From contig JAYWIR010000008.1 of assembly GCA_036172245.1 (NCBI GenBank), forward strand, positions 3,410,001 to 3,474,000: DNA of 64,000 nucleotides, written 5' to 3'. The notes beneath the pieces are model-generated. The model was given only the letters and a program-made list of their open reading frames with translations, was not told the origin of the DNA and searched no databases. The stretch comes from Raillietiella orientalis. Its lineage: Eukaryota. The position numbers and the translations under genes were made by a program. Shown here in pieces: positions 50,041 through 62,760 of the stretch (its first letter is position 1; each line of letters opens with the position of its first letter).

Positions 50041-53000
50041 AGAAATTTTATAGAATTTTTTGTTTTCTAATGAAAATATGAAAGATAAAAGGTTTTTTTT
50101 TTTTTTTATTGTCTTCTTTTTTTACTACAAACAATGAAGATAATGCATTCATTATGCATACTCTGTGCAAAGCTGTAGGAATGTTTGAATTGGGTCTGTT
50201 TCGTATATTCTGGATTTGATTAAATGTCAGGTAATATTTCTATGGGAAAGCGAAGTGATGACGATGATAACTGGAAAGTGCAGCCTACTATGCCTGTTTG
50301 GCTTTAAGATAATTAAATTAGCTGCAATTAATCAAGATTCATTTCGTGCATCTCCCCCCCTCCTTCGCACTTGAACTACATAGAAAGCAAAATAAGCACT
50401 CCAGGTATTAGACTAGTTGGTAGTGACTGAAAGTGGGAAATTGAACCACCAAACAGCACACACGTAAAAACACGGAGTCCTGTAAACACAAAAATAAGTG
50501 AACGTAAATGCGCACTTTTCTATGAAATTGTGAATCACACTGAAGAGCACTCGGAAAATTTTCGACGCAACTCTGTTCGGGCGTAGGTGTGCCTCCTGAG
50601 GCCGGGTCACGGGAGAAGAGGTCGGGGGTGGGTGGGGAAACCTTTTGAAATGGAGAATCATATGGTGATGGCTTTGTTAGCAGGTAAAGTTTTCATGAAG
50701 TAAAGCAACATCAGTGAGGCCGAATCGAAGCTTATATTGTGCTTTAATATTATGCATAGGATGATTTTAAATATTAACAGTGATGAAAGAAAGGTAAACT
50801 TTGTGATTATATACTAGTTCGTGATTAAATTTTCCGTCCATTGCAGAGACAACGCTCTTTCATCATCATCTGCTTTATGGCCACTTTCAGAGGTATTTTA
50901 TACGCCCAATGAAAAAAAATCGTCGCGAGACGAGGCTTAGTTTCTTGCCTTTTTTTTTTTTTTTTTTTCCATTTATGATTATTCGACTCTGTTTTCTTCG
51001 TAGAAACAAAACCAAAACCAAAAGAATTAGATGTGTGATATAAGTTTGCTTAGCATGCAAACTGATTTCTGTGTCCGGCCGGTTCTCACACATGGAAGGC
51101 ATGTGAAGCCAGTTGGTGGTACCAACTAGATAGTCTCAAAGGCGTTCTGCTCAAGAGAGTGGCTTTCCAAGTGCAAAATCCAATTTAGTAAGAGAAATCA
51201 CTTCCACCATGAAAAACTGTCAACTTTTCTCGTACTCGACACGATGAACTGCAACCATTTGCTCGAACAGCAGGGGTTTGTATCCGATGTCAAACATGCT
51301 GCATCTCTTCGGCCATCTTGCCGAGTGAGCAACGGGGTTACATTTCTGTAGCGATTGAGAGCAGTCCAAAGAATCGTTTCCTTTCTGCAAACATTCCCTT
51401 TAAGTTAGGGAATGCTTGGAAAATGCACTCCCATTCGCGTAAACAACCTACTGAACCAGGACACGGAACCCTATTTGACCCAGGGTTCGCAACTGCCGAT
51501 GCATCTCCTAAAGCGTGCTTCCTGCCTGTAATTCCTTTAACTCACGAAACAGCTCGTTTTCTATGTACTCACTAAACGTACTGCGACGCAGTTTGTAAAT
51601 AATGAATAGGCTTCTTTATAAACTGAAAAAAGGTTTCCTTAAATACTTCAAATGCAATCTTGACAGCTTCTTAGGTTTACTGTGTGCGCAGTAGAACTAT
51701 CAAAATATGTTTTCTCAATAGGGGTGCTATCACATTTAATGCTAGTTGAAATTTAAGATTTCTTCGTTCAAATGTTATTTCACGAAGTTTATTATGCAAT
51801 GGTTAAAAGCATCCCATGGTAATGAAACTGACTTATACATTGTGAAATTACTAGTGCCTCAAATAACTGAAATAACAAGAAAGACCAGCAAAGAATTGTG
51901 CTATGATGCAAATTTACAAAGTAGAGGCAACGATACCAAAGTATCAGAAACTTTTCTGCGGAAGATTCTTCTTTGCAGTGTGCTGCTTTCTTAAAAAATT
52001 CAAGTTCTTGTAGTCATCATAACATTGGAATGCAAAACTCACCATCCCAGTTTTCCAAGAACAAAGAACGCACAAGATGACGTTGCTTGAGAAAGGCTTT
52101 CAGATAACTCGATCGCGTCGTACGATCTCTAATTGCTGATATGCAGATTTTGCTATCTTCAAATTCAGACCAAAACAACTTGGACAAAAAATAACAGCAG
52201 GTATTCCATTTTTAGTTTCTCGGTTTGCAGGAACCACCAACACCACCCTGAGCTCAAGATCTCGAGACGAACACGTAAGCTGGCATTTGAACTATGTCCA
52301 TAGACAACACCGGACATGCCTGCAACGACACAACTTGTGTTGTGAAAATCGAAAGCTGCGTTTTATTTTCGGGCATCTTTAAATGCATCGTTTTCTCTGA
52401 TAATCTTTTCACTCTTGTAATGGTGTTGTTTCTAAATTAAGAAAGGCAGACACCACATCAGCACTTTTAAAAAATCGCAGTCTTGAAACGTGAATGCACC
52501 ACATACTTTATGAAGTTGTAGCATCCATTGCAACTTAGAAAACTCTGTTATTATCTTTGACTTGGGAGCTGTGAAGAGCTCACAAGCTGTTAGTCGAGTT
52601 CAGTTTATGTAAGCCTTTCTTAGAATTCTTCACTGAGAAACTTCATTTCACGAACAGTACACCTGGCCTTTGTACGAGAGTAAATTACTTACGTATATAT
52701 CCTAACCACTGTTGTTACTCCACGAAACCAATTTAAGAATGCTAAATTATAACTGCGCCATATGTCGAATTCATCTTACTGAAGCTTTAATAACCTTTGA
52801 TATTGCAGTATTTTCAAAATTAAGATGGATTTCAGTTTCATTTAGCAATTATAAAGTTTTTGTCAGCTAAAGGTTTCACAAAAGGAACAACGGATCCTCA
52901 GAGGACGACAGAAATGTGGATGCAATTATTAAATAAATCTTATAATGGTATCGAACGAAATCATTTCTAGAACTATCTCATAAAATAGTCAGAACCTCAT

Positions 53001-53899
53001 TTAGTCTTCCGTAATAGTAGGCGAAATGGTAGCTCATCTTTTTTCATCCAGTGGCTCGAGACTCATATTGAACAGACCTGAGTACTTGTAAGGCATGAGC
53101 AGAGCCATAAAATGCGATGAGAAAGTGCCACAATGCCATCTTGGATGGTTCCAGTGCAGCAATAGCATCTGCCGTGTCCGATCTTTCTAAAAAAGGACTA
53201 TCCACAGGTCTCAGGCTGCAGTACGTGATTTCAGGAATTGGTAAGCAGGAGCCATCTTTCTGCTCCTGATAGCCCAACGTATAGATATAGCAACTGCCTT
53301 CCGAATGCTGAAGAACGTTTTTTAATTAACAACGGAAAAGAAACCCAAACCTTTGTATTGAAGGTTTCGTCATGAATGCACTATCCACATCATGTTTTGC
53401 TAATATTTCGGCCAAAAAAAAAAAAAGTGCCGAGATTTTCTTAATTTTTTTAAAAGGAAAAACGGATGGGAATCCAGTTCCCTTTTTATGCTCCAGATAC
53501 ATCGACTACCTGTTCACTTTACACGTGTTGTTGAATGGAAAGACTGTTTAAGAGACTGATAGTTTTTCATGGTCTAATGAAACACACAAAAAAGTAGAAA
53601 CTTGTTTAAAATAAGATGTATTTCGTATGCCTTTTTTCTAGCAGTAGGTGCAGCATATGTGCGAAGTGTGCAACAGAGGAACCAGTTTAACCAATGCTAC
53701 AGAAAGAGCAGTGCAATTTGTAACAACTTCCTTGGTCTGTAAGATTTGATTATGAAAATCTACCAAGCGCTTTGAGTATGGATGTCGGAAGAAGTTCCCT
53801 TCTAGCATGGACACTGAAAGCTCGTTCTCGAAGCACTTTGTTGTTTCTGGAGATCAGGTGAGGGATCTGAATGAAAATCATGATTCTGAACTGACAAGT

Positions 53900-54750
53900 G
53901 TTGTTGCAAAAGTGTCTTTTCGTGAAAACTGAACGTAAACTTGTCTGCCTTTCGCCATCATCCCTACAGTACAGATGTTAGTTAAAATCAGCATCATATC
54001 CCTGCTTCTTCTTACGAATCCGCCATGTCGATGTTGGGAACTTCCAGTCTTAGCATGTGCACCGACTTCAGCTGTCCATATGCTCAAGTTGGAAATCTTT
54101 TGCAAAGTGTAGTCTGTATTCTTCAATAAAGACCGTAAAAGGCGCGAGGTACATTTGAAAAGGAGTTTCCACAAAACCCAAACTTGAAAACTTGAAATCT
54201 GCCAGCAGTGCAGAAGTCAAAATATGATAGTACAGTTGCGAGACAGAGATCGCTTTGTCGTGTGCTCTTACAACCAAAAGTACCTTCGACTGTATGGAAA
54301 TGCAATTGTCTAAATCTATGAACTTATCCCGCCCTCAGAATATTGAAAGCACACGCTAGATAGCCAAACTACTTCCAGAAATACCAAGATGATTTGATTT
54401 TAAGAAGACGAGGGATGACAAAAAACTACAAGTAGAAATACTTTCGGTGCAAATTCAAAGCGACTGATGATTGATGGAAATTCAGTGATAGCAAAATCCC
54501 ACTTCGGTATTAGGACGTTCCACTGCTGGCGTGAAACCATACCTTCCTCCATCCCCAAAACGACGATACTTAAGACGTCTGTGCCAACGGAAGTGTAGAT
54601 CTCATTACAAAATTCAAAAGTTATGGCTAACTTTTCGTGTGCTCCAAAACTGCTTACTAGCTTTGCAATATTCACGGATCCCTTACGAATTGCAATGTTT
54701 AGACCAAGTGTACGAGGTGTCGTAAGTAATCCTCCTCTGATTGGACAGAT
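53900..54750 (-). mobile_element. Decayed Ty3/gypsy RNase H (and possibly integrase) fragment
   Basis: SFGAHEKLAITFEFCNEIYTSVG (~YSxIEKELLAIVFACEKFHQYxYG), SRQQWNVLIPKWDFAI (~RLQRWxLxLQxYDFxI). Confidence 0.42.
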
Positions 54751-55012
54751 TTTTTTTTTTTTCAAAATTATCAAAAAGTTTATTCTATGCAGCACGATGA
54801 TTTCTCTGGTTTCCTAGGGATCCATCTGTGGCTAGGATATCAAACTTTTCTCATATAGTTGAAAACTTCTGGTGCAGGAAATTAAAATGCAAAACCATTC
54901 CACTCATAATAAGTGAATGTTGGAGAATCACCAACATGATCATTTCACATGTAGCACATAGGCTGCATTTTATCTTAACTTAATGCACATGATCTTATTT
55001 TAATTTAAGTTT

Positions 55013-56664
55013 TCAAATCTGTGATGCTCCAAGGGAAGATTCCATGATGTCTTTGTAACACAGAAAATTCACAAGACTAGGAGGGAGTAATAAACGACTT
55101 TTTTCATTTAGGTTGCTACCAATAGCAAGTCTGCAGAGATGAACCAGGGGTACTACCTTTTGAGGGAGATCAAAGAAGTGGACAATGCTGGACTCGGTAC
55201 TGTTTTGCACACAAATAAATAGCTTTGTGTACCTATTTCTTACCCTACTGCCACCATTTGTCCAGTAGGACAACAGCAAACAGATATCATGTCATCATCT
55301 ACATATGCTATTGCAGAAGGCTCCTGGCCAAAAATACTCCAGCAACGAATAACACTAGGCAAACTTTGAATGGATATAAGCAGTGTTCTTACTGATCATC
55401 ACAAATTGTGACAATGTGACAACCATCTGTGGAGAAAGCCAAACCACGGATCCAGGCATTGTTATATCCAGAAGCAAAAATCATTGGCGGAGGAGGGATT
55501 AAGTGACAGAATGAACGGATCTGACAGCCTGCATACAAAGTTTAAAGATAACATGTAGGTCTGGGATAATGAACATTGCTCTTTTCCCCTGATGACCATT
55601 CCATTGCATAGTCATTTAGGGTGTTATTTTCCTTACCTCTGTAAGGATCCCACAGAATGACTCTGCTGTCCAATGAGGATGTAGCAAGCAAAGCTCCATC
55701 TGGAGAAAACTGACAAGAAGTAACATCATGATTATGGCCTTCCAACCAATGCATCAATTTATAATTGTCCATATCCCAAATGAAAGCCTAAGTACATTCT
55801 CAGTGATCTGTTCTTACATTTCAATTCTTCAATACCTGCTTGAACTGTCCCACAGATGCAAGTAGCTTGCTATTAGGAGACCAAACACAGCATAAGATAG
55901 CCCCATGATGAGCCTTCATTATTTTGAACAGATTGCCATCATCCAACATGTCCCATACCTATAGCACATTTTCAAAGTTTCCATTTATTACTAACTCTTA
56001 AAATGCCATCAAGAGATCCTGAAATTAGCCGTAGAGTGCAGTCCTGAGAAAAGCTTAAGCATCGCACAACCTCTGTTTGATCATGTAGCTCCCACAGAAT
56101 ACTAACTGAAACAAATTCTAGATACTCCACTAAATGCAAGGCTGCTTAACATACCTGACTGCACATCCCATATCCTGATCCTTCCCATGCCATGACCAGT
56201 TGCTAGAACCAAATCTACCTCATTTTTCAGCATATTCCACGAACACCTGTCCGCATAGTACTTTAACAAGGGAACTTTTCCAAAAGCTAACGAATAAATT
56301 ATTGATCCTGCGTCAATCACCAAGAAATTTTTTGAATACGAGCTTATTTGGATGGCTTCTTGAACCGAAGAATCTTTCCTTTGAGGGGACCAACATGCGG
56401 GATTCTGCAGTCGCTCAAACTTACTCACCTTCTTTGAATCAAATCCCAAGGGACCAAACACACCGTCGACTGGGATGCTGTGTATGCGAAAAATAAAGGA
56501 TCGGGTGAAAAGGCTAAACACCACACTTCTGATGTATTGTCAACATTTTGGTGGATAGACGCACGTTTTATTAGCATTCTACCACGCACTTTACTCGGTA
56601 CCCAGTACCTGGCTCGCAAAGTAAACAAGGAAGCCAGAAAGTCGTTCACATGTTTATATACCAT
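55013..56664 (-). CDS. WSB1: WD repeat and SOCS box protein (WSB1/2-like); multi-exon, start codon uncertain
   Basis: WCLAFSPD..TVCLVPW, YSLAFG, LATGHGMGRIRIWDV, VWDMLDDGNLFK, LEGHNHDVTSCQFSPDGALLATSSLDSRVILWDPY, HLIPPPPMIFASGYN, SOCS box VPLVHLCRLAI..LPPSLVNFLCY. Short GT-AG introns. Confidence 0.92.
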
Positions 56665-57854
56665 TCAAACCAGAGAATGCCGAAGCAGTACCAAATCTTG
56701 TTTAAATTATTTCAAAACCAGCACGCGGTGGATTAAATCCGTGTAAAATTGCCTGGAACAAATTCCAAAAAGCCGAATTTGTTTTGAAGCAAAAGTGTTC
56801 AGCATAGTTGGAATAATCAGCTCTTACAAGTAACGATTTTTGTTTCAAAAAGGCTGCATTTATGTCACAATTTAGCATACGCTCCAAGAATTCTAAAACC
56901 CCAGTTCTTACCCCCCCCCTTACCCCCCAGGATATTTATGATACTTCTACTTTCAAAGTAGTCATTTGTTGTTCCCCTCCCCCAATCTTTACTCAGACAT
57001 GCCTAAAAACAAACTGAGGTTGGCGTGTACGGGATAAAAGTGTATTCAACAGAGGCAAGTACATGGAACCAAAACACAATTAGAAAAATAATTACATACA
57101 ACAAATGTGACAAAGAACCGAATAATTGATTCCGTATGTATCTTACATAAAAGTCCCTGGATATCCCCCAAATGCGAAAAATCATAGCATCGAGTGCACC
57201 CTGTTCCATCAAGACCTCCCCATGTGGATTTTCGTTCTATTCCATCTTTAAGGTCCCTTTGCCAACTTCCCCGTTCCTTTATCATTATTCTCACCATTTT
57301 TCAAGATTCCTGAGGAGTCCGGTGAAATGGGCCAAGTGTGTTTGCTAAACGTGCTATCTGATCATCAAATCATCTTTCCATGTTTTGTTTTTTTGCTTGG
57401 TTTCAGAGACGTATCTTTCAGTTACGCAGAAAATGTAACGATGCAGCTGGTTCAGAGGAATTTCGAAACGTGCCTGTAAAACATGTAGTGCGAATCCAAA
57501 GTCCAAGGTAATGTATTTGAAAAAATCCAGAAGAGTAGCGAAGAAATCAGTGTACTTCTAAATAGAAGGGAGTTAACTTCTAAATTCGTCTTGTACGCAG
57601 TGGGATAACTGCCTCTCAGAAATTCAGTTCAAATTAATTTAATTAGAGTGAAATGGTGCATTCCAATGAATTTGATTCCACTGTTATTCTTAGCATTGCA
57701 TTCGTACACGCAGTAAATAAATTGGCATGAAATAATAAATGAAACAGTTATATTAGAGGAATTCTTAGTTATTAATTGGGGTCAAGTTTCATGATTCTCT
57801 TACCATCTAGAGACCATCTTTTGTGACAGCAGTGAAATTTCACATTCTATTAAG

Positions 57855-59400
57855 ATGCTAAGTATATTAACGCATGCAATCCTTGAAAATGTGCAATGCA
57901 TGCTCATAATGTTTGTAATCACAGAGCAGCATTTCGAATACCATAATCCAAAAAATTCGCACAGGTCTTCCTTTGGGGGAACCAATGCTCAAAGAAGATT
58001 CAAATTGAAGCACAAAAGAGACAAAAAGGTTATCTCTAGAAGTTGGCAGTCTTTGCCCTCTTCAATAACGGAAGATTATTCATCATTTCTCTTGCAAACG
58101 GTCATATCCTGGTAATACCTTTCATTTTTTCTCATAATTCAGTTCTGCTTTCGCATTTTTGGGAACATGCTTTGGGAACAAAAACAAGACACCTAGGGAT
58201 CTGTATTTGAGGGACTTCGAAGAACCTAATCTTAGAAAATGAACGAATTTTTTTTTTCCTTCCTACGTTAGGTTTTGTACAATCTTTCAATCGTGAACTT
58301 ATCTCTAGTACCCTAAGACCCACAAAAACTATTCGTTTGGTTCATATATTTACGCATGTACTGAGATAGTCTTACTCAGCAGATTAAGAATCACTTCCAA
58401 AATAGATCATATTACGTGCACTCGAGATGAATATGGCCTCCGCTGGAAACTTGGAGGACTAAAGAGATGAGTGCAACATTCATCTTTTCGAGACCCAGTT
58501 GTTTTTGTTACCAATGTACTACGGGTAAGTATTTCCAAAGTTTCATCGATGGAGTGATCGGAACATATTCCGAAAGGAGGTATCAAAGAGGGCTCTGAAC
58601 TTCGAACCCAGTTTTGGAATTAAGGGGAATGGTCTCGAGATTTCTGGAAATACAATTACCTGTAGTACATTGGTAACCTCAAACTTCAAGTGTTCATCAG
58701 AAGCTCACTGCAGAGCAGAGAGATCTTCTCAAGATAGCACGATTTGAGCCGAAAGCGCATGTGCAGATGAACGACAATGAGAATAAAAGCACAAAATGAT
58801 GTCCACGCTGAGTTTCAATAAAGTATGATAATGGTGACTAATACCATGGATGGGAACTGCAGCACCTGGAGAAAGTGCCTAGAGGCAAAGCAAAGGAACG
58901 TGACAGGGAGGCAACTGGACCAGAAATCAGTTATCCGCAAGCAGCAAATAGGAACGCTCTGAAGTACGATTGTGTTTGCTGCTGGGAAGCTGAACAATCA
59001 GGAGATGGATATTCCGACGGAGTTACCACCAAATGCAAGAGTTTGAAATTATGGCAGCCAAAAGGCACGGCTATGTAGCTCAAAGACGAGGGGAAAACTG
59101 CTGTGAGAGAGAGTTGGATGAAATCTGAGGTTCAGCTCCTGGAGGGCTTTGATGCCAAGCACATAGCTTAACCGTCTCAGTCACATGCTCAAGAATTCTC
59201 AGAGGGTATTCAAACAGTTCCTTTGTCAAGTGACTTCGTGAGGGTTTCATCAATAATGAAATTGTCTGTCCAAAACATAAAGGATTTCTTTTCTTGGAGA
59301 GGTCTGCGAGCAGGATTTTATTCTGACAAGACTCAACGAGGCGAGGTGACGCTCGCAAGCTACCTGGTTCTTTTTTAAAGAGCTAGCCGATGCCTACGGA
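57855..59400 (+). mobile_element. Decayed Ty3/gypsy pol (RT to integrase)
   Basis: ILENVQCMLIMFV..AQRRFKLKHKRDK (RT palm-like), GKAKERDREAT..KYDCVCC (~KTKxRARExVxWP..CxxC zinc finger), GLRAGFYSDK (~GLPxxIVSDNG). Confidence 0.4.
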
Positions 59401-60301
59401 ACCGTATTGAACGAAATACTACATGATGTTCTGAAGGAAGTGTTGGGAACCACTTCCGAGAAATATTTTGGGATTTCTGTAAGGACGCATGCCTATCTTC
59501 CTTTCAGTCACATTCTTAAACCATTCGACACATTCGGACCCGCTCAGCAGCCGAGCATGGTTGTCACCTGACCTCCATGTTATTTGTTATAGCCTTCAAG
59601 TCTTTTAATTGAAAGAAGAGGAATTATCTTCAAGCTTCTGAGGATGTTCTTGTCGGGCTCGAGGTTAAGCTTGAGATCAGTTTTAGTATTCTGGACGACC
59701 TATGTCTAAACACTGCATTAACCAGAATAAATGTGTCTCTCTTCATTTCACTGCCTCCGTACCGAGGGCAGCCTAAAAGACCAACGTCGAAATCAATAAC
59801 ACTCCGATCCCAGAAGCCTCCAGTGACCTGGGGAATCCGTTCGTGTTGAGCCTATTCAATCAGAGCCCACGAGAGAACATATGTCCACCCAAGCAGTCAG
59901 CATCTTGGGCTGCAGCGTTTCACCCCACAGGAGAATTTAGATTCCTGGAGAACGTTCATCATTCCAGAGCCTTGTCCACTTCCAGACTGGTTTGGTACAC
60001 ATCAGAAGGCGTCTTCATGCAGAATCGTATTCGATACATCCCTGAGACATTTTTTCAATGTTCCAGGAAGAACGGCGGATGAATGCCTGTGCATCGACAG
60101 CTCGGAAGGATGTTTCGGTGCCTTCCATTTACCAGGAGAGGCTTACAAACTTGCCGTTGGCATCTGCTCCAAGATCCTGTCCAATCAGTCTTAGAATTCT
60201 TTTTGGTAGGCTAAGTTCTGAAGAAGCGTTCGCCTCCTTAAGGAGTGAGATAAGGCGGGGGCTCACGAGGCTCCTTGACACTGTCCACGCTATCCGAGGG
60301 T

Positions 60302-60945
60302 GCGTGTGATTCTTCAAGTTAGGGGGTGATCCAGGAGGAACCACCCTATGAACCCAGGGCGGTGCCGGAGGGAGGAGTTTGCTCTTCTCAAGCCTGGGAG
60401 GGAACCCTTTCCCTTATTTTCTTCGGAGGACCCCCGGAGAGGGTTGCTCCTGGAATTTATGGTCGAGAGGGAACCTTATTACTCCTCTGAAGATCACCTC
60501 GAAGGGACGCTTCCTCAAAGTTCTTTGAGGGGTCGCTCTCTGGAGGGAGCAGCGCTCTTCTGACACTCTGGGGAGGCAATCCAACTAACTCCATGGTACT
60601 CGATGGAGGGCACTTCCGAAGGAGAAAGGTGGCTCCATTTTCACAACCAGAGGGAAAACTCGAAGGGAACCAGCTCCTTGATTCCTGGAAGGACCCCGGA
60701 GGGCCAAGTTTTAATCCCAAAGGACAGCCAACGGGCAGGTCCCGGATTAAACCATCCGGTTTCCGGCTTCCATCGGTGCCCCACCTGAATCCAGTCGACT
60801 CCAACCAGCGCCATCCTGCGGGGGGACTCGAACCCCATGACGCACCCTCTGTTCTCTGCGCCGATTCTTCCCCGGGGGAGATCGAACCCGCAACGCTTGG
60901 TACTACGTACGGTGACCCCAGCCACACAACCTCCTACGCGGACCG
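60302..60945 (-). mobile_element. SINE-like repeat copy 2 with two tandem tRNA-like units
   Basis: Homologous to 41112-41830. The minus strand begins GGTCCGCGTAGGAGGTTGTG and has two B-box-like motifs, GCGGGTTCGATCTCCC and GGGGTTCGAGTCCCC. Confidence 0.7.
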
Positions 60946-61422
60946 TGTATATACCTCCTTGGACTTCTTTAGAACCATTCTGTTAGCAGTGGTCGTCAAG
61001 AAAAATTCCAACCTACAGGTTCAGACGCAGATTTCGGAAAGTTGATCACCGGTGTCGTACGCAGGTAGGTGACCAAGCCGCGCAGTGACATAGACCGTAT
61101 ATGAAGGGTAGGTCCCCAAGCATCCTGCTTATCCAAGGGATGCCGGGGTGTTGAAGATCGAGTGCCAAAAATAATCAAATCAGAGAGCACAGTCCCGATA
61201 GGTTCATGGGGCGCAAATCCTCGCGTCCGCGCGTATCTCAGCAGGGAGTCGTGGAATCCTCCCATCAGGAAGCACCTAGATCAGAAAAATGCCACTGGGA
61301 GACATCACACATGCGGCGACTTGTATGCTGGAGATCACCTAGGGTTTCCGATCACCTCCCTAAACTTCACTGCTCTTAAAGGAGGTGCTTGAAAGAAGCA
61401 GCGTTGGACGGATCTGCAAGAA

Positions 61423-62760
61423 GTGCTCGGGACAGCGAGAGTCTCGACTCAGGTCCTAAACCGTTGCGTGTGGCAGTCCAATTTCACTAATAAGAGACGT
61501 GGCCATCTGATCAGCATCATCAGAGAGGATACAGAGCGAGGAAGGTGGATCGAACCAACAAGTTCCGTGAGAAGACTGGAAACTCCCACCGGATGTGGTG
61601 TTCCAAAACGTAATTCGAGTTACCGGCGTTTTTTGCTCGTGCGAGAACGTGGCAACAGCATCAGGGAGGAAGGGAGGCGAGGAAAAGGAGCCCAAAATGG
61701 GAGATCGTCCTTCCAGTCTTATCTAGACAAAGGGATACCGGACTCGGGAAGAGCACGACTCGTAGAATAGGCAGCCTCAAAGAATGCCGGAGTGCTCCAG
61801 GAACTTGGGATCTCTTGCACAGGAAACAAGAACAAAGTGATGGCGGGAGCAGCTAGAATGCTTACTGAGGATACAACCTGATTGCACGTTTGTCCCTTTT
61901 TGAAGGCCTCTTCACAGTTTAACATTAAAGTAAATAAGAACACCTTCATATGGCCAGTGACCAGCTATCCGAGGATTTCGAATTGGATAACCAGATGGAG
62001 GAAGTTGCAGAGAGCTCCTCGAATCTATATCTACGAAAAATGGAAAGCTACCGACGTTTTTCTGGAACGGTCATTAACTGCTCCTCCCAGATCGCTTTCC
62101 GACGATAACTTTGTGGGGTGTTTTGGGTATATTAGGCGGAACTTTTACGTCTAGGATTTGCAGATCATAAGCTGGTCTGGCAATTCGACATTCGCGGACG
62201 ATTGGTGTCAACAAAGAGGAAGGAAGCAAAGAGATCGATCGAAATTTTAAAAGATGGTGCAGGTCTCTTTGGATAAAAGCTCCGATGGCGCATCTGTCAC
62301 CGTTCTGACACTTGGGTAACTCTGGGAATTCCTCAGACTTGGATAAAGTGTACCCTTGGATTGTTGCTTTCCTTCCATTCTTACTCCATTCCTTGGTTAA
62401 AATAGAAACGAACTATTTCATCCAATTTTCCGTAAATATGTTGATTTGTACAGATAACTGTGGATGCAGAGTTTTCGGGTCATTTGGGCATCCAAGCAGT
62501 GTATGATGGCAATGGTGGCTTCACGGATGATAGCGAGAATGGGAAAACAATATTGGGGTGCATTCAATCACTGCATCAGTTCATGGCTGATACTGCTGCA
62601 ACAAATACTACTTGTTCGCTCAAGCTTTTCTCCTCTTCACTTAGCCCTTTTGGGGAAAGTGGAGAACCAGATTTCCATTCGACCAGTTTTTCAAGTAAGG
62701 AACCTAGAGAACCAGCCATCATTTTGTCCTGGAAAGGGATCTCCTGAACAGGAAAATGGC
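61423..62760 (+). mobile_element. Decayed Ty3/gypsy pol (RT + RNase H)
   Basis: ERGRWIEPTSS..TP..VPKRNSSYRRF (~xGIIEPSxSPW.SP...VPKKDGSYRF), QFNIKVNKN, PPRSLSDDNFVGCFGYIRR (~PxTVKEVxSFLGxxGYYRR), KEAKRSIEILKD, LICTDNC (~TDAS), SSKEPREPAIILS (~STxERExLAIV). Confidence 0.55.

Noticed and set aside
53095..53190. LDL-receptor class A-like half motif CHLGWFQCSNSIC on the + strand
   Set aside because: It is followed by a stop, lacks the CDxxxDC acidic half and has no supporting exons.
61719..61949. Minus-strand NCEEAFKK..SILAAP resembling a gypsy linker
   Set aside because: The plus strand carries a longer ordered set of pol motifs here, so this is treated as chance.
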